DNA from: an uncultured bacterium
Lineage (GTDB): Bacteria; Planctomycetota; GCA-002687715
DNA length: 64,000 nucleotides
Reading direction: 5' to 3'
Assembly: GCA_902826835.1 (NCBI GenBank)
Contig: CADEGH010000023.1
Coordinates: forward strand, 6,220 to 70,219
A model generated the notes under the pieces. That model was not told the origin of the DNA. It did not search any database and saw nothing but the letters and a program-made list of their open reading frames with translations. The position numbers and the translations under genes were made by a program. Numbering within the stretch: the stretch's first letter is position 1; every line of letters starts with the position of its first letter. Positions 9,476 through 21,353 of this stretch are shown piece by piece.

Positions 9476-10474
9476 TCAGGTGTAGAGGGTGCCTGCGTTC
9501 AGAACAGGCTGCGCTCCCTCGTGTGCGCACAGGACGACCAGGAGGTTCGAGACCATCGCGGCGCGGCGCTCGACGTCCAGTTCCACGATCTTGTCGTGAT
9601 CGAGGCGCTCGAGCGCGAGCTTCACCATCCCCACCGCTCCGTCGACGATGCGGGTCCGAGCCGAGACCACGGCGTCGGCCTGTTGGCGCTGGAGCATGGC
9701 GCCGGCGATTTCGGGAGCGTAGGCGAGGTGGGAGAGTCTCGATTCGATGATCTCGACTCCGGCGTTTTGGACACGGGCTTGGAGCTCGCGTTCGAGCACC
9801 TCCGCCACCTGCTCGCGTCCCGCCCGGAGTGACACCACCGGATGGCTCGGATCCTCCGAGTGTCCGTCGTACGGATAGGTACCGGCGAGATGACGCACCG
9901 CCGCCTCGCTCTGGGTGACCACGTAGGAGTTGTAGTCATCGACTTCGAAAGTGGCGCGGTAGGTGTCCTTGACACGCCACACCACGACCGCCGCGATCTC
10001 GATGGGGTTGCCCGCCAGATCATTGACCTTGATTCGCTCCCCATTCAGGTTGCGGGCACGCCGGCTGACCTTCTTTTTGGACATGAACGGGTTGGTCCAG
10101 TAGAAGCCGTTTTCGAGCACACTGCCCTTGTAGGTGCCGAACAGAGTCAGAACCCGAGCTTCGTTCGGATTGACGACAAAGAACCCGAACATGAGCACGA
10201 GCGCGGTGACAAAAACCACAAGGGAGGTGAGAACCGCTGGAATCGGAGCGAGCCCCAAGATGCTCTGGGGTTCGACCGCTCGCGGAACCGGGTCGGCCCC
10301 GGTTGAGGCGGCGCGTCGATGCGCCTCGGCCATGGCCGCAGACCGGGCCCTACTGAATTGCAGGTCTCCGCGAACGCCGGAAGCGAAGAGCCAAACGGAG
10401 AAGGCCAGGGACGCGAGAAGGACAACCAGAACCAACGCCCCCGGAAGCGGGGTGACGGCGGATTCAGCTTTCAT
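9476..10474 (-). CDS. SPFH/band-7 (stomatin/prohibitin-like) membrane protein
   Basis: The internal Met at 10474 (MKAESAVT...) precedes an N-terminal TM helix and an SPFH-like core, with a coiled-coil C-terminus. Confidence 0.65.
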   Translation of the reverse strand: MKAESAVTPLPGALVLVVLLASLAFSVWLFASGVRGDLQFSRARSAAMAEAHRRAASTGADPVPRAVEPQSILGLAPIPAVLTSLVVFVTALVLMFGFFVVNPNEARVLTLFGTYKGSVLENGFYWTNPFMSKKKVSRRARNLNGERIKVNDLAGNPIEIAAVVVWRVKDTYRATFEVDDYNSYVVTQSEAAVRHLAGTYPYDGHSEDPSHPVVSLRAGREQVAEVLERELQARVQNAGVEIIESRLSHLAYAPEIAGAMLQRQQADAVVSARTRIVDGAVGMVKLALERLDHDKIVELDVERRAAMVSNLLVVLCAHEGAQPVLNAGTLYT

Positions 10475-10545
10475 GGAGGAACTCCGGTGAGTTATCGGAA
10501 TGATATCACGCCGATATTCTCCAAGCCCCCCCAAGATTTCCGGGT

Positions 10546-12651
10546 CTAATCCTCCAAAACCGCATCCAGGAAGGCGAGCCGGTCGGACGCCTCCTCGATC
10601 AGCTTGGCCATGGGCACCCCGGCGCCATGGCCCGCCTGCGTCTCGATGCGGATGAGGCAGGGGGCCGGTCCTCCCTGAGCCGCCTGGAGTGCGGCGGCAA
10701 ACTTAAAACTGTGAGCCGGCACCACGCGATCGTCGCGGTCGGCAGTGAGAACCATGGTGGCGGGGTAAGCAGTGCCTGGCTTCAGGGTGTGGAGGGGCGA
10801 GTAGCCCCGCAGAACGGGGAACATCCCGGGATCGGCCGAGGACCCGTACTCGGAGACCCAGGCCCACCCGATCGTGAACTCGTGGAACCGCAACATGTCC
10901 ATGACGCCCACGGCCGGAAGAACGGCGCCGAAGAGGTCTGGACGCTGGGTCATGCAGGCTCCCACCAGGAGTCCCCCGTTGCTCCCCCCGTAGGTGGCAA
11001 TGCGCGAGGGCGTCGTCCACCCTTCGGCGATCAGCCACTCCGCCGCGCCGATGAAGTCGTCAAAGACGTTTTGTTTCTTCTCCAGCATGCCCGCTTCATG
11101 CCACGCCTCACCGTATTCGCTGCCGCCTCGAAGTGCAGGCTGGGCATAAATGCTGCCCTCCTCAAGCCAAACCGCGTTGGGCACGGAGAAACCGGGCATG
11201 ATGGGAATGTTGAAGCCGCCGTAGCCGTAGAGGAGGACGCGGTGGTCGCCGGTGGGCTTCAGTCCACGCCGATGCACGAGGTACATCGGGATCCTCGTCC
11301 CGTCTTTGCTCGGGTACCAGACCTGGCGGGTTTCAAATCGATCAGCGTCGAAATCCACCTTGGGTGCGGAGTGCAAGGAAAGGCCGGAAGAGTCGAGCGA
11401 GTAGCGGTACACCGAGGTCGGGCTCAGGAAGGAACTGAAGGTCAAGAAGAGTTCACGATCCTCGCGCCGACCTGTGATCTGACCGACGGTCCCCGCGCTC
11501 GGCAGGAGAATCTCCCCCGCTTTGCCGCCCGAGTGGGTGAACAGCCGGATCAGATGTTTGACATCCTCCATCGTCACCACGACCAGCCGATCCCCCACCG
11601 CTCGGACTTCGGAGATCGTGCCGGCCGACTCGGGAATCAGGGTCTTCCAGTGGGACCGTTCCGGCCGATCCAAGGCGACCTCGATCACTCGCCCTCGCGG
11701 GGCTTCCTGGTCCGTGCGGAACCAGAAGCGAGGGCCATCGTTCCCGACGTAGTCGTAGGCGGCGTCGAAGTCCACGAAGACCCCCACGACCTCGCCCGAC
11801 GTCAGATCCTTGATGAACACGCGGTTGCGCCGGTCGGTTCCGAGCGATGCGTGGATGATCAGATAGCGATCATCGTCCGAGATGGCAGCCTGAAAACCCC
11901 AGTCCGGCTGATCGGTACGTTCGTACACCAACTGGTCCTCATCCTGAGTCGTACCGAGTCGATGGAACCAGAGCTTTTGGTTGCGGTTGACCGCTTGCAG
12001 CTCCGCGCCCGGCTCCGGAGACGGATACCTTGCGTAGAAGAACCCGCTCCCGTCGGGATGCCAGGTAGGACTGCTGAACTTCACCCATTGGATGCGGTCC
12101 ATGAGTTTGCTGCCGGTGGACACCTCGACGACTTCGATCTCGTTCCAGTCGCTGCCGCCGGTCGAGACTCCGTAGGCGATGTAGCGACCGTCGTCGCTCA
12201 GATCCATCGAGGCGAGGGACTTCGTACCGTCGGCGGACCATGTGTTCGGGTCGAGCAGGATGCGCTCCGCTCCCCCGAGCCCCTCGCTCCAGTAGAGCAC
12301 CGCTTGGTTCTGCAGGCCGTCGTTGCGGCTCCAAAACCACCGCCCGCCGCGGCGGCTCGGAGGTGAGGTGCGCGGGAAGTTCCACAGCGCGGAGAGCCGC
12401 TGCTCGTAGGACTTGCGCTTCGGGATCGCCTGGAGGAAACCCTGAGTCGCCGCGTTTTGGCGAGCCACCCAGTCTTGGGTCTCCGCGCTGTCCGGGTCCT
12501 CGAGCCAGCGGTAGGGATCTTTGACGGCCACCCCGTGGTAGACGTCGACGTGGTCACTTTGCCGGGTGCTCGGAATCTCTGGTGCCATAGGAGTGGGATG
12601 CGCGCAGGAAAGAGTCAGACAAAACAGGCAGAGAGCGGCGAGATTGCGCAT
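10546..12651 (-). CDS. Prolyl oligopeptidase (S9A family), lipoprotein
   Basis: Lipoprotein signal [16 protein letters not shown]; N-terminal beta-propeller (YRWLEDPDS..). Catalytic domain [22 protein letters not shown] (GxSxGG with the Ser nucleophile) plus downstream Asp/His, as in POP-family enzymes. Confidence 0.85.
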   Translation of the reverse strand: MRNLAALCLFCLTLSCAHPTPMAPEIPSTRQSDHVDVYHGVAVKDPYRWLEDPDSAETQDWVARQNAATQGFLQAIPKRKSYEQRLSALWNFPRTSPPSRRGGRWFWSRNDGLQNQAVLYWSEGLGGAERILLDPNTWSADGTKSLASMDLSDDGRYIAYGVSTGGSDWNEIEVVEVSTGSKLMDRIQWVKFSSPTWHPDGSGFFYARYPSPEPGAELQAVNRNQKLWFHRLGTTQDEDQLVYERTDQPDWGFQAAISDDDRYLIIHASLGTDRRNRVFIKDLTSGEVVGVFVDFDAAYDYVGNDGPRFWFRTDQEAPRGRVIEVALDRPERSHWKTLIPESAGTISEVRAVGDRLVVVTMEDVKHLIRLFTHSGGKAGEILLPSAGTVGQITGRREDRELFLTFSSFLSPTSVYRYSLDSSGLSLHSAPKVDFDADRFETRQVWYPSKDGTRIPMYLVHRRGLKPTGDHRVLLYGYGGFNIPIMPGFSVPNAVWLEEGSIYAQPALRGGSEYGEAWHEAGMLEKKQNVFDDFIGAAEWLIAEGWTTPSRIATYGGSNGGLLVGACMTQRPDLFGAVLPAVGVMDMLRFHEFTIGWAWVSEYGSSADPGMFPVLRGYSPLHTLKPGTAYPATMVLTADRDDRVVPAHSFKFAAALQAAQGGPAPCLIRIETQAGHGAGVPMAKLIEEASDRLAFLDAVLED

Positions 12652-12725
12652 AGGGAAATCCTCGATTCGCCCGCAGTTCTACCCGAGTGCGCTGCCGAAT
12701 CGAGCGCCGATCGGTAGAGTCGGCC

Positions 12726-13835
12726 ATGACGACGCTGACCCGCGACGTAATCCGCCGCATGCCCAAGGTCTCTCTTCACGATCATCTGGACGGCGGACTT
12801 CGTCCGGAAACCATCATCGAACTCGCCCAGACTTGCGGGGTGGAGTTGCCGTCACGGGACCCGGCGGCCCTCCGCAGTTGGTTCGAGCGAGGCGCCAATC
12901 GAGGCAGCCTGAAGGAGTACCTCGAGGGATTTGGCGTGACCTGCGCGGTGATGCAAACCCACGACGCCCTGGAGCGGGTCGCGACCGAAGCGCTTTTGGA
13001 TCTCCATCAGGATGGTGTCGTCTACGCAGAATTGCGCTTCGCCCCGCAGTTCCACACCGAGGGTGGTCTTCCCCTCGAGGCCGTCATGGACGCGGTGCTC
13101 TCGGGCCTCGAGAAGGGAGCGGCGACCACCGGGGTACGCTGGGGGCTCATCGTGTGCGGGATGCGCAGTTCCCCCCCGGAACTTTCCCTCAAGATGGCGG
13201 AATTGGCGTTGAGCTTCCGGGATCGTGGCTGCGTCGGATTCGACCTCGCGGGCGACGAGTTCGGCCATCCCGCGAAGGATCACCAGGACGCCTTCAGCCT
13301 CTGCAAGCGGGAAAACTTCAACATCACGATTCACGCCGGCGAAGCCTTCGGACCGCCGAGCATTTGGCAGGCGCTCCAATACTGCGGCGCCCATCGAATC
13401 GGACATGCGACCCGCCTCATGGAAGACATGGTCGTTCGTGAGGGACGGGTGATCAGCATGGGGCGTTTGTCGCAGTACGTGTTGGATCATCGCATCCCCC
13501 TCGAGATTTGTTTGTCATCGAATGTGCAGACGGGGGCGGTGAAAAAGCTGGAGGACCACCCGCTTCGCTGGTACCTCCGCCACAACTTCCGCGTCACGTT
13601 GAACACCGACAATCGCCTGATGTCCGCCACCACGGTCACGGACGAACACTGGCTCGCCGTCACTCGTTTTGGTCTCGACTTCAACGACATCGAGAAAATC
13701 GTCATCAACGGGATGAAGTCGGCGTTCATTCGCTACGACCGCCGTTGCGACATCATCTACGATGCCCTGAAGCCCGGATTCGCTTCGATCCGTGCCGAGC
13801 TCGAGCTCGCACCATCGCAATATCCCAAGCGCTGA
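12726..13835 (+). CDS. add: Adenosine deaminase
   Basis: Metal-binding motifs SLHDHLDG, HAGE and SLNTDN. The ATG at 12726 (MTTLTRDVIRR...) is preferred over the listed 12687. Confidence 0.8.
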   Translation: MTTLTRDVIRRMPKVSLHDHLDGGLRPETIIELAQTCGVELPSRDPAALRSWFERGANRGSLKEYLEGFGVTCAVMQTHDALERVATEALLDLHQDGVVYAELRFAPQFHTEGGLPLEAVMDAVLSGLEKGAATTGVRWGLIVCGMRSSPPELSLKMAELALSFRDRGCVGFDLAGDEFGHPAKDHQDAFSLCKRENFNITIHAGEAFGPPSIWQALQYCGAHRIGHATRLMEDMVVREGRVISMGRLSQYVLDHRIPLEICLSSNVQTGAVKKLEDHPLRWYLRHNFRVTLNTDNRLMSATTVTDEHWLAVTRFGLDFNDIEKIVINGMKSAFIRYDRRCDIIYDALKPGFASIRAELELAPSQYPKR

Positions 13836-13849
13836 GTCGCGGCGCCTCG

Positions 13850-15514
13850 TCACTTCGCGGGCTTCGCGACTTCGACATCCGCGAGCGACCAATTGAGAAC
13901 GTGACCGGAGAAGCCCTTCACCCGCTTCTGAAGGACGTGCAGGCGGCGCAGGTGGCCCAAGGGAAGGATTGGCACCTCCTCTTCGACGATTTTGGCGGCC
14001 TCCGCGACCCGGTTCGCGCGGTCCTTGGTCGCTCCCATGGTGGCAATGCGGTCATAGAGCGCATCGAAGCCTTCGTGCCGCCACCCTCCGTAATTGGAAC
14101 CGCCTGGCTCGTCCTCGCCGTGGCTGCGCAGAAACACGAGGAAGTTCTCCGGATCGAGATAATCCGCGTACCAGGAAACCCAGGCGAAGTCGAAGTCTTG
14201 GCGCTGCGAGCGGCCTCGCCATTCACCAAAACTGCACTCACGAATCCGCACCCGGATCCCGACCTCCGCGAGGTTGCGGACGAGACCCTCGACGGCGTCC
14301 TTCAGGGCGGGCGTCGGAACCCCTCCCGGCACATCCAGCGTCAACTCGGAGATCCCCGCCCCGTTTTCGTGGCCGGCTGCCATGAGCAACGCCCGTGACT
14401 TGGCCACGTCCCGCGTCGCATAACGATCCGGTAAGAGCGCGACGATCCGTTGTTCGGCCAGGCCGGTCGGGACCGGTCCGTGGGCCAGTTCGCCTCGGGT
14501 CCCATAGGCCTTTTCGGCAAAAGCTTTGCGATCGAGAGCGTGGGCGATCGCCTGGCGCACTCCTTTTTTCGCCAGCACTTTGTGGTGCAAGCCGAACACG
14601 AGGTAACTCGTGTCCAACGAGGGCCCGGTCGCGATGTGGAGGCCCTTCTTTTTGTGCTCGGCACGGAGCGCGCCCCAACGGTCGAGAAAGACGTCGTGCA
14701 GGTCCGGGCCGAGCTCCAAGAGGTCGAGATCCTGGGACAAGAACCGGGCACTCCTCGCCTCGGCAGCGCTCACGACATCGAGTCGCAATTCATCGACCTT
14801 GGGAACACCGGTCAGGTGGTAGCCGCGATGGCGCACGAGGCGCAGGTTCCCGAGTGCGTCTTTGGACTCGAGACGAAACGGACCCGCCCCGACCGGATGT
14901 TCGCCCAACCCGGTTCCGTACGTTCGGACCGCCTCAACCGGTACCGCCGACGCCCACGGCTGGGTGAGCAAGGGGACAAGCTGGGGATAAGGCCGGGTGA
15001 GTTTGAGCCTGAACGCTCCGCTCTCGAGGGCGATTCCCGAAACGGCGGCGTCGTAGTCCGCAACGCCGTCCTTCGCGGCCTGCGCGCGCCACTCGTCGAG
15101 GCCGGCGATTCGCCCCTCCAAGAACGACGCGTAAAAGGGGCTCTGGACCGCCGGGTCCGCGTGGCGCAAGAGGACGTAGCGCCAGTCCGCCGGAGCGAGC
15201 TCTCTTCCCTTGCCGCCCGGGAAGCAAGCATCGTCGTGGAAGCGCACTTTGGGTACGAGGGTGAATCGCAACTCGAGCCCGTCCTCGGCGACGGTGGGAG
15301 GGTTGCATCCCCCCGCTTCCACCGAGACCACGCCATCTGGTCCGGCCCGGGTGAGGAGCGGCGGCAGGTAGAGCTGCGCGAAGGTCTTGAAGTCCTCGAG
15401 GTTGTTCGAGCGGGCGGGATCCAAGGTCGCAGGGGAGTGGCCGATTGGATACCGCAGAATGGACTGCGCCAGGACAGGGGAGGCCAGGGCAAGTCCAAGA
15501 ATGATCGCACGCAT
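13850..15514 (-). CDS. ABC transporter substrate-binding protein, family 5 (peptide/nickel/opine-type)
   Basis: The internal Met at 15514 gives the signal [17 protein letters not shown], followed by an SBP_bac_5-like sequence. It is convergent with add, leaving a 14-nt gap. Confidence 0.7.
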   Translation of the reverse strand: MRAIILGLALASPVLAQSILRYPIGHSPATLDPARSNNLEDFKTFAQLYLPPLLTRAGPDGVVSVEAGGCNPPTVAEDGLELRFTLVPKVRFHDDACFPGGKGRELAPADWRYVLLRHADPAVQSPFYASFLEGRIAGLDEWRAQAAKDGVADYDAAVSGIALESGAFRLKLTRPYPQLVPLLTQPWASAVPVEAVRTYGTGLGEHPVGAGPFRLESKDALGNLRLVRHRGYHLTGVPKVDELRLDVVSAAEARSARFLSQDLDLLELGPDLHDVFLDRWGALRAEHKKKGLHIATGPSLDTSYLVFGLHHKVLAKKGVRQAIAHALDRKAFAEKAYGTRGELAHGPVPTGLAEQRIVALLPDRYATRDVAKSRALLMAAGHENGAGISELTLDVPGGVPTPALKDAVEGLVRNLAEVGIRVRIRECSFGEWRGRSQRQDFDFAWVSWYADYLDPENFLVFLRSHGEDEPGGSNYGGWRHEGFDALYDRIATMGATKDRANRVAEAAKIVEEEVPILPLGHLRRLHVLQKRVKGFSGHVLNWSLADVEVAKPAK

Positions 15515-15630
15515 ACGGACTCTCTCCGGTTGGCGCGGCAGGCGCTCCATGGCTATGGTACGCAACGCCCACCCGGCCCCGTTGGACACAGTTTTTCCAC
15601 GCCGGTCCAGAGGGCCTCGGAGCACGAATC

Positions 15631-16881
<1,251 letters not shown>

Positions 16882-16960
16882 GGAGCCGCCGGGTGGGAGG
16901 CTCGCGCCGCTTAGCCGAGCGCGCCCCGGTCTCGATTCGCTGCCTTTTTCCCACCGAGGG

Positions 16961-19123
16961 TCAGCGGATGCATCTGGCCGCGGGAAGGCTCCATCCCACG
17001 CTTTTCGGCCCAGGCCCGATATTCATGACTCGCATTGTTTCCGCAAAGTACTGGAATCGGCGTTGCAAGCCGACTTGCGTTTGCCGCTGTTCGAATCGGC
17101 CGAGTCCGACCCTGTAAGCACCCGGCAGGATCCCCGTGACACGAATCGTCCCGTCAATGTCGGCAACATAGGGATAGAGGTCCTCGGCCCGTGGCTCAGA
17201 GTCGGGGCGAACTCGCTCATCGCCGTGCAAAGAGGTGAGCAGCAGAAAGAGGCCATCAGGCAACGAACCACTCTCGGAAAAGACACGAACCCGCAGCGCG
17301 CCCAAGTCGGGTTGAGGCACGAGGACTATGGGAGTCGCGGCGTCCAGTTCCGCCTTCGGAAACACCCACGCCCCTACGCCGACCTGGAATACAGTCAGCC
17401 AAGGATTCGAAGCTTGATGTCGTTCGAGCGCGAATGTCCCGTCTTCCTCCACGCGAGCCACGCAACTGGCACGACGCTCCAAGGGCAGATCAATGATCGA
17501 GGGAATCAGAGTCAAAGGGAGGCGACCATCCACAACGGACATTGTGCCGGGGTCGGCCCCATCCAGTCGAATGCGTCCTTGGAGTCGGCCGGACGAAGCC
17601 TCGAATCCGAGTTGAGGGGCTTCGCAGCTTCCGTCGATACCGACCTCGAATTCGCACTGGCTCGAACCCAACTCGGGCACGAGCATGACAACCCGATAGC
17701 GGCCCACCGGAAGTACTCCCAGATCCACGAGACTGCCGTCGACGCCCTTCCTGAGCCATCCGTCCCTCAGGCGAGCGGTATACGATCGCAGGGAATCGGC
17801 CCCCCATTCCAGAGCGGTAATCGGTTGTACGTAGAACAGGGTCGGTCCGCTGGAGCGGGTTCCGACGCGGACTAAACCGGAGTCGGCCGAGATTCCGACC
17901 CGAACGGAAGGCTGGCGCCGAAAACGAAAGAGTGCCACGGGGTCGGCCGAAGTCACCCACGGGCGTTCGGAAGAAAATCCGGATGGCGAGACCAGCATCG
18001 ATCGGTCATGAGTGGAGGGCTCGACATAGTACTGGAGCGGCAATTGAACGCAGTCGATCCAAGCCTCCCCGGTTGCGTCCAAGTGAACAGAAACAGCCTG
18101 AAAATTGCCCGAATCCCGATCACTGAAATTAACCGTAACGGAAAGCGGTCCCCGATCCTCCGGATTGTCGGGGAGCGCTCGAACGAGGAAACGGTCCTCG
18201 TGCTTTCGAACGGTGAATCGAGATCTACTGAGTCGCCCGGAATCGGTCGGGATCGAAAGCGGGAGTTCCACGAGGTCATCGTAAGACGGACTTGTGAAGA
18301 TGATCACCGGAGCCGATGGAGGAAGAGAAAAAACGAAGTGCTCCTTGGGTATGACTCCGCACCAAACCCCCTTGTCGGCAATCCCCGATGGCCGCAAATC
18401 GCAGCCTCCCGCACCCCACAGCACCGTCGCGGTTCGGACGCGGTCGTAGGGGATCGGATCTCCCGCCTGGTCTCGTAGTTCGACCTCGAAGACGAATGGT
18501 CCGGTCGGCCTCGCTTCGACCGTTACTGTCACTCTCGATACCCGATCGGGAGCGACGGTGATCTCCGTCACCCGGAGTCCCCGGCTGTCCGATAAATAAT
18601 ATACCAGGTCCAGTTCCATGGCAGGCGGGAGGTATGTTCCGACCGGAATGCGCCGCTCCCTGCCAAGGTCGAACTCGTCGAAGTCGATTTGCACCAGCTT
18701 GTCGTGCGTTGACAGGGAGAACCCGTCGACGGCCGTATTTGGCGCGAGAGTCGAGTCCAGGGCCACTTCGATTTGTCCGCCCGGGAACAAACGAGATTCT
18801 ATTTTCAGCGGCTCCACCGAGCCGGGTTTTCGATCCAATTTGAACCGGTCAGGGACAATGGCCAATGACGATCCCTCGGGAGGAGCGAGTCCGTAGACTC
18901 CGGGTGCGAGCAAAATCGCCCCTATTCCGGACCCACACAACTGGACAGTGGATTCGCGTCCGCTCTCCGAAGTCAGCCGGAGGTGGGAAGGGAGTGCGAT
19001 CATGCCGGGTTGCGAGGAAACAACCGAGAATTCGACCCGGATGTCCGACTCGGCTCGACAATCGGATGCCTCGTGGAGGCACGACGCGACAGCGAGGATG
19101 CAGGCAAGGAGTAGGCTGCTCAT
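16961..19123 (-). CDS. Hypothetical large secreted protein (720 aa)
   Basis: N-terminal signal MSSLLLACILAVASC. No recognisable catalytic motifs; predicted beta-rich. It lies 22 nt downstream of the previous secreted-protein gene on the same strand. Confidence 0.5.
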   Translation of the reverse strand: MSSLLLACILAVASCLHEASDCRAESDIRVEFSVVSSQPGMIALPSHLRLTSESGRESTVQLCGSGIGAILLAPGVYGLAPPEGSSLAIVPDRFKLDRKPGSVEPLKIESRLFPGGQIEVALDSTLAPNTAVDGFSLSTHDKLVQIDFDEFDLGRERRIPVGTYLPPAMELDLVYYLSDSRGLRVTEITVAPDRVSRVTVTVEARPTGPFVFEVELRDQAGDPIPYDRVRTATVLWGAGGCDLRPSGIADKGVWCGVIPKEHFVFSLPPSAPVIIFTSPSYDDLVELPLSIPTDSGRLSRSRFTVRKHEDRFLVRALPDNPEDRGPLSVTVNFSDRDSGNFQAVSVHLDATGEAWIDCVQLPLQYYVEPSTHDRSMLVSPSGFSSERPWVTSADPVALFRFRRQPSVRVGISADSGLVRVGTRSSGPTLFYVQPITALEWGADSLRSYTARLRDGWLRKGVDGSLVDLGVLPVGRYRVVMLVPELGSSQCEFEVGIDGSCEAPQLGFEASSGRLQGRIRLDGADPGTMSVVDGRLPLTLIPSIIDLPLERRASCVARVEEDGTFALERHQASNPWLTVFQVGVGAWVFPKAELDAATPIVLVPQPDLGALRVRVFSESGSLPDGLFLLLTSLHGDERVRPDSEPRAEDLYPYVADIDGTIRVTGILPGAYRVGLGRFEQRQTQVGLQRRFQYFAETMRVMNIGPGPKSVGWSLPAARCIR

Positions 19124-19144
19124 CGTTCAGAATCGTCCTCGATC

Positions 19145-21127
19145 TTACCGGGTCAAGATCAGCGTGAATTCGAGGGTCGGGCCACCATCACCCAACGACA
19201 TCCGCACGGTCGCCGGATCCCCGGATTCGCTGCTCACCTGCCAAAATATGGCGGCTTCGTCCGATCCGGAAACCCTGCGGACGAAGGGTGGAACGGTCCA
19301 ATTCAAGGGACTCCCGCTCGTCTGCTCCCAATTCAACGAGAGTGCTTCGAAATTCGGCGACGTGGATACTGGTACCAAAGGAACATAATTCGCCATCGGA
19401 CCAGTACTGCGGACAACGGTGCGGTGCTCTGCCCATGGTTGGGTATGCATACCGGGACCCCATTCTTGGAGCGTGAACGAATGTGGAATGAGCTCAACTG
19501 CGGTGACGGCCGTCGCGCCGATCGGAAAAGCGGCATCAAAGCTCGACTCGAAACGCACCCACTCACCGGTTCCTCCCGTGAATCGACAGTGGATTTCCCA
19601 GAATCCGGATGCCAGCCGGATCGGCTGGGTGAGATCGACCGAGACGATCGCGGTCGGTAAATGCCTTGCAATCTGCGATGCCGTTGCCCCACCGACCCAG
19701 GCTACTCCCGGTTGATCGGAGGCAATTCTCACGTGGAGGGGAGCGGAGAGCGCCCCGGGAAACGTCTCATCGACTTCCAGGTAGAAGCAGACAGATTTTT
19801 CGTAGACTCCCACTCCGTTTGCCCCGGCACTGCTGCTGAAGGGCTGCCCACCGGTCTTGGTGCCGTTTCTCTCGGCTTCCGTGTCGTCGGTCGGTGGCAG
19901 TACGATGAGTCCTCCGCTCGGTGGAGGCGCCGGAGCACCAGCGGGCCCTCCGGTGGGAACAGGGGTGGGGGTGATCCCGGGAGGAGGAAGAGGCGGAGGC
20001 GTAGTGCCCGGGCCGTATCCTCCGGGATTCGGTGATCCTCCGGGATTGGGCCCGGGCGTCGTGCCTCCGGAGGTACCACACGGTGTTCCTGGCCGCGAAA
20101 CGACGGTAATGGTCTCTCTCCCCCAAATTTCCATCCCGGCTGCGTACTCCGGAGTGTTTCCATCGGGAGCGTGGAGGGCTAGGCTCACGTTCGTGAATAC
20201 GTCAGGATAGGCTTCCAAGGGGATTTCGTGACACTCGGTCGTCCTCTGCAACACGGTAATACCCCCCGCGATGGCCTCCCCCTTGTCGTCCATTGCGGCC
20301 TCCGAAAGGAACTGCTCCGAAAGGAGAGTAACGGTACCGGTTGCGGACAGGCCCAATTCGACGACGCGCCCTCTGGCGGCCTTCTCGCGGTTGGGCCCCG
20401 CCGGTAAGGTGACATCCGCGCTGACTTCGACAGAACCTTCTTCGGTAATACTGTACTTCCGCTCCACCGCTTGGGAGTCTTGAAGGAGAGTCTGAAAGAG
20501 CAATGCATCGTTTTCAAATGGCCTTCGAAACCTGACGCTCATGGATCCCGACTTTCGCACGCCAGCGTCCGCGTACAGATTCTGAAAGCCATCGATCACG
20601 GTGGTAATGGTATGGATGGAGTTTCCCGGAGGCGGATAGCTGTGGATGGGCGCAGGTTCACACTTGGTGGAGAGTATCAAGGTGCCGCTCGCCTGGGCCG
20701 CCACACCTCCCGAGCTCTTCTCACCATCCTCCGCCCAGAGATAGACCACCGATTTTGCATGGAGCACCATACTCTTCTTAATGGCCCCGGGTACGTCGGG
20801 TATCGAAATCTCGCTACCTACATCAGCCCCTGTCTCCGCGTTCACGTAATGTCCCTTGTCCACCGAGCCGGCTCCGGAGGGCGAAAAGCGTAGCTGGAGT
20901 GGCCTAGCCCAGCTACCGGGATTCGATTGACCGACATTCTGGACCTCCAGGATCCGCCCCTCCTCCGGCGATGGAGGCGACCCAGGGGTTTTCCGTTCAG
21001 CCTTCATTTCGATTTGCGGCTTGGGGGTGCAGCCGGTGGCCGGCGCCGTTTGCGCAAATGAAAATTCCGCCGCGAGCCCGAGCGTGACCATCAGGCACGC
21101 CAATGCGTGACTTTTCTGTCGAGCCAT
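19145..21127 (-). CDS. Hypothetical large secreted protein (660 aa) with a Pro/Gly-rich linker
   Basis: Signal MARQKSHALACLMVTLGLAAEFSFAQT. The central linker GTTPGPNPGGSPNPGGYGPGTTPPPLPPPGITPTPVPTGGPAGAPAPPP separates two globular regions. Confidence 0.5.
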   Translation of the reverse strand: MARQKSHALACLMVTLGLAAEFSFAQTAPATGCTPKPQIEMKAERKTPGSPPSPEEGRILEVQNVGQSNPGSWARPLQLRFSPSGAGSVDKGHYVNAETGADVGSEISIPDVPGAIKKSMVLHAKSVVYLWAEDGEKSSGGVAAQASGTLILSTKCEPAPIHSYPPPGNSIHTITTVIDGFQNLYADAGVRKSGSMSVRFRRPFENDALLFQTLLQDSQAVERKYSITEEGSVEVSADVTLPAGPNREKAARGRVVELGLSATGTVTLLSEQFLSEAAMDDKGEAIAGGITVLQRTTECHEIPLEAYPDVFTNVSLALHAPDGNTPEYAAGMEIWGRETITVVSRPGTPCGTSGGTTPGPNPGGSPNPGGYGPGTTPPPLPPPGITPTPVPTGGPAGAPAPPPSGGLIVLPPTDDTEAERNGTKTGGQPFSSSAGANGVGVYEKSVCFYLEVDETFPGALSAPLHVRIASDQPGVAWVGGATASQIARHLPTAIVSVDLTQPIRLASGFWEIHCRFTGGTGEWVRFESSFDAAFPIGATAVTAVELIPHSFTLQEWGPGMHTQPWAEHRTVVRSTGPMANYVPLVPVSTSPNFEALSLNWEQTSGSPLNWTVPPFVRRVSGSDEAAIFWQVSSESGDPATVRMSLGDGGPTLEFTLILTR

Positions 21128-21189
21128 TGTTGAAGTCCTCCTCTATTCGTTCGCCTCGCCAATCGAAGATCTCGGGCAGGACCGAGCCG

Positions 21190-21221
21190 CCGATGCACCG
21201 ATGCACCGATGCACCGATGCA
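21190..21221. repeat. Perfect tandem octamer repeat (CCGATGCA) x 4
   Basis: Read directly: ccgatgca ccgatgca ccgatgca ccgatgca. It lies in the intergenic region between the kinase stop (21354) and the start of the downstream gene (21127). Confidence 0.9.
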
Positions 21222-21353
21222 GGTAGACTATAGGAACGAGTGTGGGCTGTCAACACCTTTTCCGCATCGGTCAGCCGCACACATCCAGACTTCGTACGGT
21301 CTCTTCTGACTCGGTCGGGAAGTGCCGACGGCGTCGGTGCGCAATTTCCATAT

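Noticed and set aside
10627-12366. 579-aa ORF antisense to the prolyl oligopeptidase gene
   Set aside because: The opposite strand encodes an unmistakable S9A peptidase. The antisense ORF has low-complexity R/G/P/A composition.
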